Positions 15,415 to 24,637 of a stretch of 32,000 nucleotides of DNA are shown here, piece by piece. Every line of letters begins with the position of its first letter. The stretch's first letter is position 1. Both the position numbers and the translations under genes were made by a program. Under the pieces are notes generated by a model, which was given only the letters and a program-made list of their open reading frames with translations, had not been told where the DNA came from and searched no databases. The stretch comes from Promethearchaeum syntrophicum (GTDB lineage: Archaea > Asgardarchaeota > Lokiarchaeia > Sigyniarchaeales > Promethearchaeaceae): assembly GCF_008000775.2 (NCBI RefSeq), contig NZ_CP042905.2:3990001-4022000 (forward strand). Reading direction: 5' to 3'.

Positions 15415-18197
15415 TTTTCTCCTGATTTGAGTTTTTTCTTTAGTTTATAGAGAAATTCAAAGGCTTGAATTGGAGTCATATTGTCTAAATCTGCAGAACG
15501 AAGCATAATTACAAGATCGGAATCTTCATATTTCTTAATAGGAAATAGGCTTGTCTGAATGCCTCTTTGAGATTTTTTAAGCTTGGGACTAGTTCTTTGA
15601 ATTTGGGAGGGTATTAATTTCTCACTTCCGTTTAAATAACCATCAATAAGGCCAAAAGCTCTCTCTGTGACTGATTTTGGTAATCCCGCCATCATAGCAA
15701 CATGGATCCCATAACTTTTGTCGGTACCACCATCAGTTAACTGTCGTAGAAAGATAAGCTTCTTAGTATCTGGTTTTTCAATGATTTTAAAGTGATAATT
15801 GTGTACTTTGGGCATTTTTAAATTTATAAGTTGGTGAAAATGCGTTGAAAAAAGAGTTTTTACTCCAAAATTATGTAGATATTCAATCACCGCTTGAGCG
15901 ATTGATCTCCCATCAGCAGTCCCCGTCCCTCTACCTAGCTCGTCAATAACGATGAGACTTCGATCAGTAGTATAATTAATAATTTGAGACATCTCGGTCA
16001 TTTCCAACATAAATGTACTTTGACCTCGGATTAGATCGTCGGATGCCCCAATACGAGTAAAAATTCGATCCACAATCCCAATTTCGGCTGAAATAGCAGG
16101 CACATAACACCCAATTTGAGCAAAAAGGACGATTAGCGCAGTTTGTCGCAAATAAGTCGATTTTCCACTCCAATTCGGCCCAGTAATAATGAGAATTTGC
16201 TCATGATCGTTATCCATTAAAGTATCATTAGGAATGAATTGCTCTTTTTTATTTACTTGTTCAACTACAGGATGTCTTCCTTGTTTAATAACAATTCGTT
16301 TGTGATTTTCGATTTTTGGTTTGCAATAGTTATTGAATTGTGCAATTTCGGCAAAAGTAGATAGAACATCAAGTTCACTTATAATTTTAGCATTTTTTAA
16401 GATAGGAACAGTATATTTTTGAATTTCCTTACGAATTTCCTGAAAAATCTTATATTCCAAATCCATTAGATTTTCATCAGCTGAAAGAATTTTTGTTTCC
16501 ATTTCTTTTAATCGTTCAGTTTCATAACGAACTCCATTTTTAATAGTTTGACGTTGGACGTAATCTGCTGGAACTGTTATACTTTTAAGTGCATTATTCG
16601 TGATTTGAATGAAATAGCCAATAACTCGATTATACGAAATTTTTAATCCAGTAGAAAGATTTAACTTTCTTTTTTCGCCCTCTTCAAATTTTAAAATCCA
16701 ATTTTTTCCGTTATTAAGAATATCGCGATATTCATCAATTTGAGGATTGTATCCTTCTTTAATTATGCCACCTTCGGTAATTGTAACAGGTGGTTGTTCA
16801 TGAATAGATTTTTCAATAAGATTAATGACATCTTGGAAGTCTTTTAGCTCAGTTATTAATGGTAAAAGTAATGGATCTTTAATTTCAGCAAATATCTGCT
16901 TAATATGTTCAATTATTTCTAAACATCGCTTAGTATTCAATAAATTTCGCGCGTTGACAGTGCTTGAGTAATTAATTCTTGAGATAAGACGAGCCAAATC
17001 TCCCATTTGACCTAGATAATTTCTCAAATCAGATCGAATTTCATAATTTTTAATAAAAAATTCTACAATTTCCAATCTTCTTTCAATTGCTTTTTTGATA
17101 ATTAAAGGTTGTACTATCCAATTTTTCAATAATCTGGTTCCCATTGGGGTTTTTGTTTCATTCAAAACTCCAAAAATTGAACCAAAAGTACCACCATCAT
17201 TTTGATTGCATAATAACTCTAGGTTTTTTTGGGTATTTACGTCTAAAAACATGAACGAATCTTCGTGAAAATAGCGAATTTGTTGAATATTATCTAAAGT
17301 TTCTTCTTTCTGAGTTTCTTTTATAAAGGCCAATAACGCTCCTGCTGCAGATATAGCTAAGGCACGGTCTTCTAGATCAAAACTGTTTAAATTTTCAACT
17401 TCAAATTGCTTTCGTAGAGTTTCATATGCATTGTTAAAAAGAAATGAAAATTGAGTGTGCTCCTTAATTATCATACTAGAAGATTCCCTTAATTGGCTCA
17501 TAAAAGAGAAATCAGTTAATAATTCTTGTGGAAGTATACATTCAACAGGATAATTCTTAGCTATAAAGGAAAAAAGACTAAATTTCGCTTGTTTTCCAAA
17601 AAACTCCGCTGCAATAAAATCAGCACTTGATATATCTATTATAGCAACCCCATAATTTTTCTTATCTCGAAATACAGAACAAATATAATTTGCAGATTTA
17701 CTATCTAAAAGGTTATCATCTACAACGGTTCCAGGACTTAAAATCCTTACCACTCCGCGTTTTACGATTTTACCTTTTGCTTTTTTTGGATCTTCTAACT
17801 GTTCCACAATTATTATTGTTTGACCCTGTTTTACAAGGGTTTTGAAATGTTGAGTGGCTTTATGTGGAATTCCTGCAAGAGGGTGTCGACTTGGTCCGGA
17901 TCCTCTTTTTGTTAGTGTTAATCCCAATAATTTAGCCACATTGATTGCGTCATCATAAAAGAATTCATAAAAATCTCCCATCCTATACGCAAGAAGAAAT
18001 TCTGGGGGGTACTGTTTACGAACTGAATACCAATGTTTCATCATTTCTGGCATTTTACCAGATCTATATAATTCTTCTGCACCTAATGTTATGTCTTCTT
18101 CTTTTTCTGATATAGTTATATAAATCAACTCAACAATGAATATGAAATATGAATTCTTTGTATTTTTCTGAATACAACAAAATAAAAAAATACCCAT
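15411..18197 (-). CDS. mutS: DNA mismatch repair protein MutS
   Basis: Mismatch-binding 'YRMGDFYEFFYDDA', 'LTLTKRGSGPSRHPLAGIPHKA', Walker A 'ITGPNWSGKSTYLRQ', Walker B/signature 'SLIVIDELGRGTGTADGRSIA', 'FSTHFHQL'. The real start is probably a little downstream of 18197. Confidence 0.95.
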   Translation of the reverse strand: MGIFLFCCIQKNTKNSYFIFIVELIYITISEKEEDITLGAEELYRSGKMPEMMKHWYSVRKQYPPEFLLAYRMGDFYEFFYDDAINVAKLLGLTLTKRGSGPSRHPLAGIPHKATQHFKTLVKQGQTIIIVEQLEDPKKAKGKIVKRGVVRILSPGTVVDDNLLDSKSANYICSVFRDKKNYGVAIIDISSADFIAAEFFGKQAKFSLFSFIAKNYPVECILPQELLTDFSFMSQLRESSSMIIKEHTQFSFLFNNAYETLRKQFEVENLNSFDLEDRALAISAAGALLAFIKETQKEETLDNIQQIRYFHEDSFMFLDVNTQKNLELLCNQNDGGTFGSIFGVLNETKTPMGTRLLKNWIVQPLIIKKAIERRLEIVEFFIKNYEIRSDLRNYLGQMGDLARLISRINYSSTVNARNLLNTKRCLEIIEHIKQIFAEIKDPLLLPLITELKDFQDVINLIEKSIHEQPPVTITEGGIIKEGYNPQIDEYRDILNNGKNWILKFEEGEKRKLNLSTGLKISYNRVIGYFIQITNNALKSITVPADYVQRQTIKNGVRYETERLKEMETKILSADENLMDLEYKIFQEIRKEIQKYTVPILKNAKIISELDVLSTFAEIAQFNNYCKPKIENHKRIVIKQGRHPVVEQVNKKEQFIPNDTLMDNDHEQILIITGPNWSGKSTYLRQTALIVLFAQIGCYVPAISAEIGIVDRIFTRIGASDDLIRGQSTFMLEMTEMSQIINYTTDRSLIVIDELGRGTGTADGRSIAQAVIEYLHNFGVKTLFSTHFHQLINLKMPKVHNYHFKIIEKPDTKKLIFLRQLTDGGTDKSYGIHVAMMAGLPKSVTERAFGLIDGYLNGSEKLIPSQIQRTSPKLKKSQRGIQTSLFPIKKYEDSDLVIMLRSADLDNMTPIQAFEFLYKLKKKLKSGEK

Positions 18198-18359
18198 ATT
18201 GATAAATTAATAAATTTTAAAATCAACTCTCGTTAGCAAAAAATCATCGGAAACTATCTAAATTCTTAAATATCATAAATATTAATTATGTCGAGTAGGT
18301 GTTCATTTTTATATAGGTAGATAAGAAAAAAAATAATAAATTTTTATAAGGGAAAAAAA

Positions 18360-19325
18360 ATGCAGCAATATTCGAAATGTGGTATGGATTGTAGTTTATG
18401 TCCATGGTCAAAGTCTGTTCGACAAACAATGAATAATGAAGGATTTCAAGAATTCAGAACTCGTTGTAAATCAGTTTTAGGGTATTCACCTTCTGAAAGT
18501 TTTTCAAATTGTGTAGGTTGTCAGACTCCAAATGAAGAAATTCCTCCTAAATCATATCTACCTACACCAAATTGTAAAGTACGAAAATGTGTTCAATTCA
18601 GTGAGATAGAGAATTGTGCATATTGCTCCAATTTTCCTTGTCCAACAATTGACTATATTGCAGGACTATGGACAAGAGAAAAATTAGAAAAGCAAAGAAA
18701 AACAAAGATTTCAGATTTAGATTATCAACAGATTGTAGAACCATTTGAAGGATTAAGGCACCTAAATGAAATACGCCAAGACATAGCCCCAAGCGATTAT
18801 AAAAAACCAAAATTATTTCCTTCTTTAGACTATAAGATTGTTCCATTTCCTGCCCATTTTACCCGATATAAAGAAAAAATGAATGATATGATGAAGTTGT
18901 ATGAGCAATTATGTAGGTTATATTCGAATTCTGATAATACATATGCCGGTCAGCAATCTTATAAAGAATTTAGAAGGTTTACGTATAACTTTTTTTGGAT
19001 AATGGGAAAATTTGGAATTTTTGAACTGAAAGAAAAGAAAATTGTTATTGATCAAGTTACATTTATGCGAGAAAAAAAGAAGAAAAATCTTACAAGACGT
19101 AATCATTTCTTCAAAATGTTAAAATCATTTGGAATAAGAATAGAGGAATTGAACTTCACAAAAAAAACAGGAAACCTTAAGATGAGCTTCGATCTTTCCA
19201 TCGGAGGATCAAATGTTTTACATGGATTACAAATATATATTAATGAATTAGATAAGAACTTCGGAAAAAACGCTACTCGACATCTATCTAAAGCAGATTT
19301 CTTACTTTTTTCTGAACCTAAATAA
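18360..19325 (+). CDS. DUF3795-like Cys-rich protein
   Basis: 321 aa; 'KCGMDCSLCPW', 'NCVGCQTPN', 'NCKVRKCVQFSEIENCAYCSNFPC' Cys pattern. Confidence 0.7.
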   Translation: MQQYSKCGMDCSLCPWSKSVRQTMNNEGFQEFRTRCKSVLGYSPSESFSNCVGCQTPNEEIPPKSYLPTPNCKVRKCVQFSEIENCAYCSNFPCPTIDYIAGLWTREKLEKQRKTKISDLDYQQIVEPFEGLRHLNEIRQDIAPSDYKKPKLFPSLDYKIVPFPAHFTRYKEKMNDMMKLYEQLCRLYSNSDNTYAGQQSYKEFRRFTYNFFWIMGKFGIFELKEKKIVIDQVTFMREKKKKNLTRRNHFFKMLKSFGIRIEELNFTKKTGNLKMSFDLSIGGSNVLHGLQIYINELDKNFGKNATRHLSKADFLLFSEPK

Positions 19326-20688
19326 GTCTCATTTTTTCAAGGAATTCTTGAGCACGTTTTTGCCGTTTTTTTAAATTCCTTCTTTTAAATATGCTTAGTT
19401 TTGAAGGATCTTGTTGCAAGATTTTATGAGCTTCAATTTTTAGTTCTTCAAGTTTGTTCAATTCAATCAACTCATATTCAGCTATGCTATATTGTTCAGG
19501 AGGCATCTCGTTCAACCTCCACTTAACAAAAGTCTCAGAAGATTCTTTGATTGAAGGAAAATCTTTGGTTTTTCGCTCTTCAACCTCATATGCATAAAAA
19601 ATAGGGATAATATCTTCCAGAACGACATCATTTAGAAGAGTATCAAAGGAATTTACAAATTTTAGAAAGGCATCAAATACACTGGAATCATCAATTTTTT
19701 TATTTTTCCCCTTTTCTTTTCCTTCTTTGATACTAGAATGGGTTTTTATAATCGTCAATTTGTCTTTTAACGGTAAAACAATTGTTCTTGAAATTCGTGG
19801 TTTTAGATGATATTTAAATTCAATTGAATCATCTTTCTCAATATTAGGGACATACCATGAATGTTCTAAACCATTTTTCATCATTCTTTCATTGGATTCA
19901 ACTTCTGGAATTTTTCCATTCAGAGTTATCTCTGATATTTCATAATTATAGGGAATAATATCTTGAATAAATGCCGCTTCAATAGGATCTTCGGAAGAAT
20001 TTTCGATCGTATTAATCACCACGTATTCCTTCGAACTCAAATCTCCAGGATTTTCAATATGAAGTTCAATATCTATCTCTCTATGATTTTCTGTTGCTTT
20101 ACCGGATTGATGACGAAGTACCGATCTACTTTTAATGGATTCTTTTATTTCTACTGCATGTTCTTCAAGAACTTGATTGGCTAAATCCTCCATGTTTATT
20201 AAATCGCTATCTATTTCTCCAATTAAGTCTTCAATTGGAATATGTTCAATTTCGGGAGCAACATTTTCTTCCACATTAATGATTTCCTTCAATTCCCCAA
20301 TTAAGGTTTGAACAGAGTGATATTCTTCTTCTTCTTTTGAATTCGAATCGAGTAAATTCTGCTCATATTCTTGCAGGTAATTACAAAATTTATCACTTAA
20401 ATGCGGTTTCTCAAGATCTGTGGCTAATTTAATGATTTTTCTGCAATTTATGATTGTTGATAATATGTGTGCTTTACCTTTTTCTTCCAAAAATAACTCA
20501 ATAAGTTCAGAAAGAAGTTGTTCTTTTTCAGAATGAATAATGGACTCGCTATTTTCGGCTTTTTCAATTTGATTTAATTTTTTCTCGAGTTCTTTTAATC
20601 GAATTTTTTTTTTTGATATCAGATCTTCCTTTGAATTATTTTTGATATCATGGTCTTTCTTTATTTCAGCCGTTGTAAATCCACTCAT
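19318..20688 (-). CDS. Hypothetical protein: charged/coiled-coil N-terminus plus predicted beta-sandwich-like segments
   Basis: 456 aa; 'VINTIENSSEDPIEAAFIQDIIPYNYEISEITLNG' and 'VKWRLNEMPPEQYSIAEYELIE' look like tandem beta-domain elements. Converges with the 18360..19325 gene with 8-bp overlap. Confidence 0.6.
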   Translation of the reverse strand: MSGFTTAEIKKDHDIKNNSKEDLISKKKIRLKELEKKLNQIEKAENSESIIHSEKEQLLSELIELFLEEKGKAHILSTIINCRKIIKLATDLEKPHLSDKFCNYLQEYEQNLLDSNSKEEEEYHSVQTLIGELKEIINVEENVAPEIEHIPIEDLIGEIDSDLINMEDLANQVLEEHAVEIKESIKSRSVLRHQSGKATENHREIDIELHIENPGDLSSKEYVVINTIENSSEDPIEAAFIQDIIPYNYEISEITLNGKIPEVESNERMMKNGLEHSWYVPNIEKDDSIEFKYHLKPRISRTIVLPLKDKLTIIKTHSSIKEGKEKGKNKKIDDSSVFDAFLKFVNSFDTLLNDVVLEDIIPIFYAYEVEERKTKDFPSIKESSETFVKWRLNEMPPEQYSIAEYELIELNKLEELKIEAHKILQQDPSKLSIFKRRNLKKRQKRAQEFLEKMRLI

Positions 20689-20805
20689 TCTTAGATAAAT
20701 TTAATTTGAATATAAAAAAAATGTAGCTTCCATTAATTTTATACGTTTTCTTTTTGCAGAACCTTCTTTACGATTTGTAAATCTTTAAATTTTGATTTAA
20801 ACATA

Positions 20806-22476
20806 TTAAACCAAATTAAAATCAATAGTTTTCATAACTTCCCCAAAATTCTGGAAAGGACTGACATTTCCTGAGAATTTTACTAGAAATTTTCCATATT
20901 CATTAAAAAATCTTTTATAGAGGACACTTAAAACCTTGGTAACTCTGGTGTCTAACTCTTCGATGCTTGCCCTGCCAATTATAAAAATGGGTTTTCCTTC
21001 TTCAAAATAGAAAGAATAACGCTGATTTCCAATTACAAATGATTCCATTCTTTTTTGGCTAATTTCCTCTGAGAGAGATTGAAGGGCAGAAATGAATCCT
21101 CCAAATAAAGTCGGATTTATATGTACATCAGGAGTATAAGAAAAAATCTCAATACCTGTTTCAGTAATAAACCAGAAATCTTTAATAACTACCAACCAAT
21201 CATCAGAAGGAGATGTATTTTCATTAAATCTTTCTTCCAAAATAGATAATTGTTGCGAGTAATAAGATAATTTCTCAATATCTTCTGATTCACGATAAAT
21301 TTGAATAATGAGATTTAAAGTAGTTTTGTGCTCAGAAATAGGATTTTTTAAACGTTCGTATATGTTTAGAGCAGTAATAAATTCATATAGTGCGTTATTA
21401 ATCTGTTTTAAGCTCAATAATGTTTTTCCCAGTTTTAAATGAAATTCAGCTATAGCAATAATATCGCTAACTCCGTTTTGATTTAAAACAGATATGACTC
21501 GTTGAAGTAATGAAATTAATTCATTGGAATTTTTTAAATTCGTCAATATTCGAATCAAATTTCTTGAAATTTTAATATATTGCTCAAATTCATTTATCTC
21601 TTCAGATTTCTGTAAAGCGATGTTATAATATTCGATTTGTTTCTTTAAATTTTTAAGATATCCATAAATATTCCCAATAATTTGAATAGTAGTAATAAAT
21701 TTTTTTGTTTCTCCATGTTTCTCCCAAATTTCAATGGCTTTTTGAAAATACTCAATAGATAATGAAAATGCTTGCGAGTTTTGATTTAAATCGTTAAGAT
21801 ATGAAAGCCCACTAGCTTTTATCTCATCAAGAATCTTATAATAGAGTTCTAAGCCAATTTCATTATAAAGCTGAGCTTTCTGCCCTTCATTTTGAATTCC
21901 ATTTTGTTCTTTCTGACAGATTTCAATAGCCTCTTTAAAAAATTGAATTGATTGATCTCTATACCCTAATTTACTACTCGTGCGGGCCCTAAATGTAAAC
22001 AATTGAAGTTTATTGACATATTCAATCGGATCTGATAGATCACTTTCAAAAATTTCAAATGCTTTTTTATAATTTCTAGTTTTATACTGACAAAAAGCTA
22101 ACATGAATGAAGATAATTCAAGATATTTTTTGTGTTGTAAATCAAGAGCAATGATTTTTAATTCTTGAAAATATTTGATTGCAGGATTAAATTTTTCTAA
22201 TTGAAATAAAATATTCGCTATAAGAAAAGTAGATTCAAGAATAAGCTTCGATTGGTGTTCCAGTTGGAATTTCAATAGGGCTTTACGGATTAGCGAATAA
22301 GCTGCTTTGAGATCTTTATTCTGATACAATTGAACACCCTGTTTAAAATCTTCGACTGCAATAGTTAATGAATAGGATGGTTCCAATTCTTCTTGGGTAT
22401 CTTCTTTCATTAGTGATAATAACAAATAAAACCGCACTTTAAATTTTGTGTCACGGTTTTGAAAAACACATTTCAT
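20806..22476 (-). CDS. TPR-repeat protein with C-terminal longin/roadblock-like domain
   Basis: 556 aa; multiple TPR-like helices ('AQLYNEIGLELYYKIL', 'FSLSIEYFQKAIEIWEKHG'). C-terminus 'WLVVIKDFWFITETGIEIFSYTPD...LFGGFISALQSLSEEISQKRMESFVIGNQRYSFYFEEGKPIFIIGRAS'. Confidence 0.65.
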   Translation of the reverse strand: MKCVFQNRDTKFKVRFYLLLSLMKEDTQEELEPSYSLTIAVEDFKQGVQLYQNKDLKAAYSLIRKALLKFQLEHQSKLILESTFLIANILFQLEKFNPAIKYFQELKIIALDLQHKKYLELSSFMLAFCQYKTRNYKKAFEIFESDLSDPIEYVNKLQLFTFRARTSSKLGYRDQSIQFFKEAIEICQKEQNGIQNEGQKAQLYNEIGLELYYKILDEIKASGLSYLNDLNQNSQAFSLSIEYFQKAIEIWEKHGETKKFITTIQIIGNIYGYLKNLKKQIEYYNIALQKSEEINEFEQYIKISRNLIRILTNLKNSNELISLLQRVISVLNQNGVSDIIAIAEFHLKLGKTLLSLKQINNALYEFITALNIYERLKNPISEHKTTLNLIIQIYRESEDIEKLSYYSQQLSILEERFNENTSPSDDWLVVIKDFWFITETGIEIFSYTPDVHINPTLFGGFISALQSLSEEISQKRMESFVIGNQRYSFYFEEGKPIFIIGRASIEELDTRVTKVLSVLYKRFFNEYGKFLVKFSGNVSPFQNFGEVMKTIDFNLV

Positions 22477-22556
22477 GAATAGAGATCAGTTTCAGTCAAT
22501 GAAATATGGACCAATAAAAGAAAAAATATTATAAAGACAAAAAGAGATATCATAGC

Positions 22557-23093
22557 ATGGATTATAACCATAAAGCATATCTTTGGATTCGTAGCTTTAT
22601 ATTTTTATGCATTTTTGAATTATTACACTATAGTTTTGAATTATTTCCGAATATAATTGTTCAGATTTTTAGTGGTATTAATGAATCCAACTTCCAACAT
22701 TGGAAAATTGGCTATTATAGTTATCTTATTCTCACATTGGTAGAATTTCTAATTTTCCATAAAAAGATCGCTGATGAAAACAAAGAAAAATTCATTTATT
22801 CTCATTTATTAAGTGCATTATTTGTACCATGAATAATTTTTATCATTTGGTATATCGCAGCTGCAATATATGGGTCAATTCCAATCTTTTGGCTAGAAAT
22901 TGTATATTCGATTGTCGCGTGTTACGTTTCAATTCTAATTGCAAGTATTTTGGAGCAAAATCTTAATGGAATTACATATGGATTGTCATTAAAGATAATA
23001 ATCTGGATTTTGAATTTACTTTTAATAATGGAATTTACTATATTTACATTTAATCTCCCTTGGGTTGATGTATTTGCAGATCCATATCTCTAA
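22557..23093 (+). pseudogene. DUF6512-like membrane protein interrupted by a single in-frame TGA (22830-22832)
   Basis: Frame 'MDYNHKAYLWIRSFIFLCIFELLHYSFELFPNIIVQIFSGINESNFQHWKIGYYSY...LLSALFVP[TGA]IIFIIWYIAAAIYGSIPIFWLEIVYSIVACYVSILIASILEQNLNGITYGLSLKIIIWILNLLLIMEFTIFTFNLPWVDVFADPYL*' stays open on both sides of the TGA. Confidence 0.7.
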
Positions 23094-23180
23094 AATCAGT
23101 GAATGATTAATTTAAATTTTTCTTATTTCCTCCATTTATTTTGGGTTGATTAAAGTAGATTTCTTGCATTTGAACTTGTT

Positions 23181-24515
23181 TTAAATTTTCTTCTCCACTA
23201 ACCGAAGTTGAGTTTGAATAAATGAGAATTGTCGAAGGGTAGGGCCTCGTTTCCAACTTTTTAACATATTATGTTGTCGCCTCCTTCGAGCTTTCTCAAT
23301 TTGCCATGCATTATAAAGCCAGTATTGAACTGAACGCATTGTTAATTTCCGGGCATTTGTATGTGCATTGGATGGCGGACCAAGTCGATTTATATCCCGA
23401 AAACCAGTCTCAATTTGCCACCGACGATCATATTTTTGACAAATACTTGAAGCCCAACCTTGTTGAGCCTTTTTGCATCTAGGTGGAGGCTTTGTAGTCA
23501 TCATCACCATTATTTCCTTCATTGCTTCAGTTAAATCAATCCTTCTTTGTTTGAAATCCTGTCGAATATCCCGTAACCGCCGACCTTGTCGATTGGTAAA
23601 AATTAACCACACGTGGATCCCTGGCAAGTGATAAAATTTCTTTGGTGCGCCTCGAACGATGTATGATTGAATATAGTGAATATCTTTTTTTAAATAACGT
23701 TCTAAAAGCCGTTTAATTGGCTTCCACTTTCGATAGGGGCCAATATAATGGATCCCACGCGGATTTAATTCGGACAATAATTCATAGGTCGGGAACCATC
23801 GATCACCTATCACAGCTCTAACATTAAACCCATGTTGAATTATTCTATCAATGCAATGAAGGATTTTTGGGACATTTGAGTGCTTTCTTTTAATGAGATG
23901 AATTCCAACAAATAAGCTGGTTCCTTTGCTTTTTATCATCAGACCAAGATAATTTCGTTTACGAGATGTGCCAGGGCCATTATAACCTTTTGTAAGGAAT
24001 GGATTTTGAGGAAATCGCTCTGATCCATAGTACCATTGATCAGTATTATCAATTAACAAGTCAATTTGATGGGAAATAAATCCATTTTGAAGAGCATAAT
24101 TGAGTTGGGCATCAAATATCATATCATTTAATCTATTTAATATCCAAAGTGGGAGTGATTGCCGATATTTGCGTACTTGATCTCCATTAGGGCACTTTCT
24201 TTCCCGCCGTACAAGTTCTCCTAAAAATTGTCTCGGTTGAATTTTCCTGCGACGGGTGGCATTTTCCTTCTGCCAAAGTAATTTATTCAACTCATCAGAA
24301 GCTTCATCTAATGAAAGATCCATGAGGGAATGAAGTATTAATATTTCCCAAAAATCTTCAGCGGAATACTTATATCCTTTTCGTTTTGAGAGATGAGTTT
24401 GGTTGATAATTTCTAGAGCAAGATTTTTTAGCCATGGCAGCCAATAATCATATGGGCATGATTCTTCTGCGGGGTGGAGCGGGAACTCCAATCTGCTTGT
24501 TGTTACAGATTGCAT
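23181..24515 (-). CDS. DDE transposase (IS4/ISH3-like)
   Basis: 444 aa; 'DLLIDNTDQWYYG', 'RAVIGDRWFPTYELL', 'YDRRWQIETGFRDINR' fit a D-D-E with YREK-like motif. Confidence 0.82.
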   Translation of the reverse strand: MQSVTTSRLEFPLHPAEESCPYDYWLPWLKNLALEIINQTHLSKRKGYKYSAEDFWEILILHSLMDLSLDEASDELNKLLWQKENATRRRKIQPRQFLGELVRRERKCPNGDQVRKYRQSLPLWILNRLNDMIFDAQLNYALQNGFISHQIDLLIDNTDQWYYGSERFPQNPFLTKGYNGPGTSRKRNYLGLMIKSKGTSLFVGIHLIKRKHSNVPKILHCIDRIIQHGFNVRAVIGDRWFPTYELLSELNPRGIHYIGPYRKWKPIKRLLERYLKKDIHYIQSYIVRGAPKKFYHLPGIHVWLIFTNRQGRRLRDIRQDFKQRRIDLTEAMKEIMVMMTTKPPPRCKKAQQGWASSICQKYDRRWQIETGFRDINRLGPPSNAHTNARKLTMRSVQYWLYNAWQIEKARRRRQHNMLKSWKRGPTLRQFSFIQTQLRLVEKKI

Positions 24516-24517
24516 GA

Positions 24518-24544
24518 TTACAAGGAAGAATCGGCTCCTTGTAA
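24518..24544. repeat. 9-bp perfect inverted repeat (TTACAAGGA / TCCTTGTAA) in the transposase 5' leader
   Basis: 24518-24526 and 24536-24544 with a 9-nt loop, directly upstream of the transposase ATG (24513-24515). Confidence 0.65.
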
Positions 24545-24637
24545 ATCTTTTATTTCGACAAAAATAAATTCATTGAAAACTGAAAATAAAAAAAAAAAAA
24601 AGAAACCTTTTTCAAAACTCGAGTCAAAATAATATCT

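Noticed and set aside
22830-22832. TGA as a confirmed selenocysteine codon
   Set aside because: No SECIS could be established by eye, the site is in a hydrophobic stretch without redox motif, and nonsense mutation or error is simpler.
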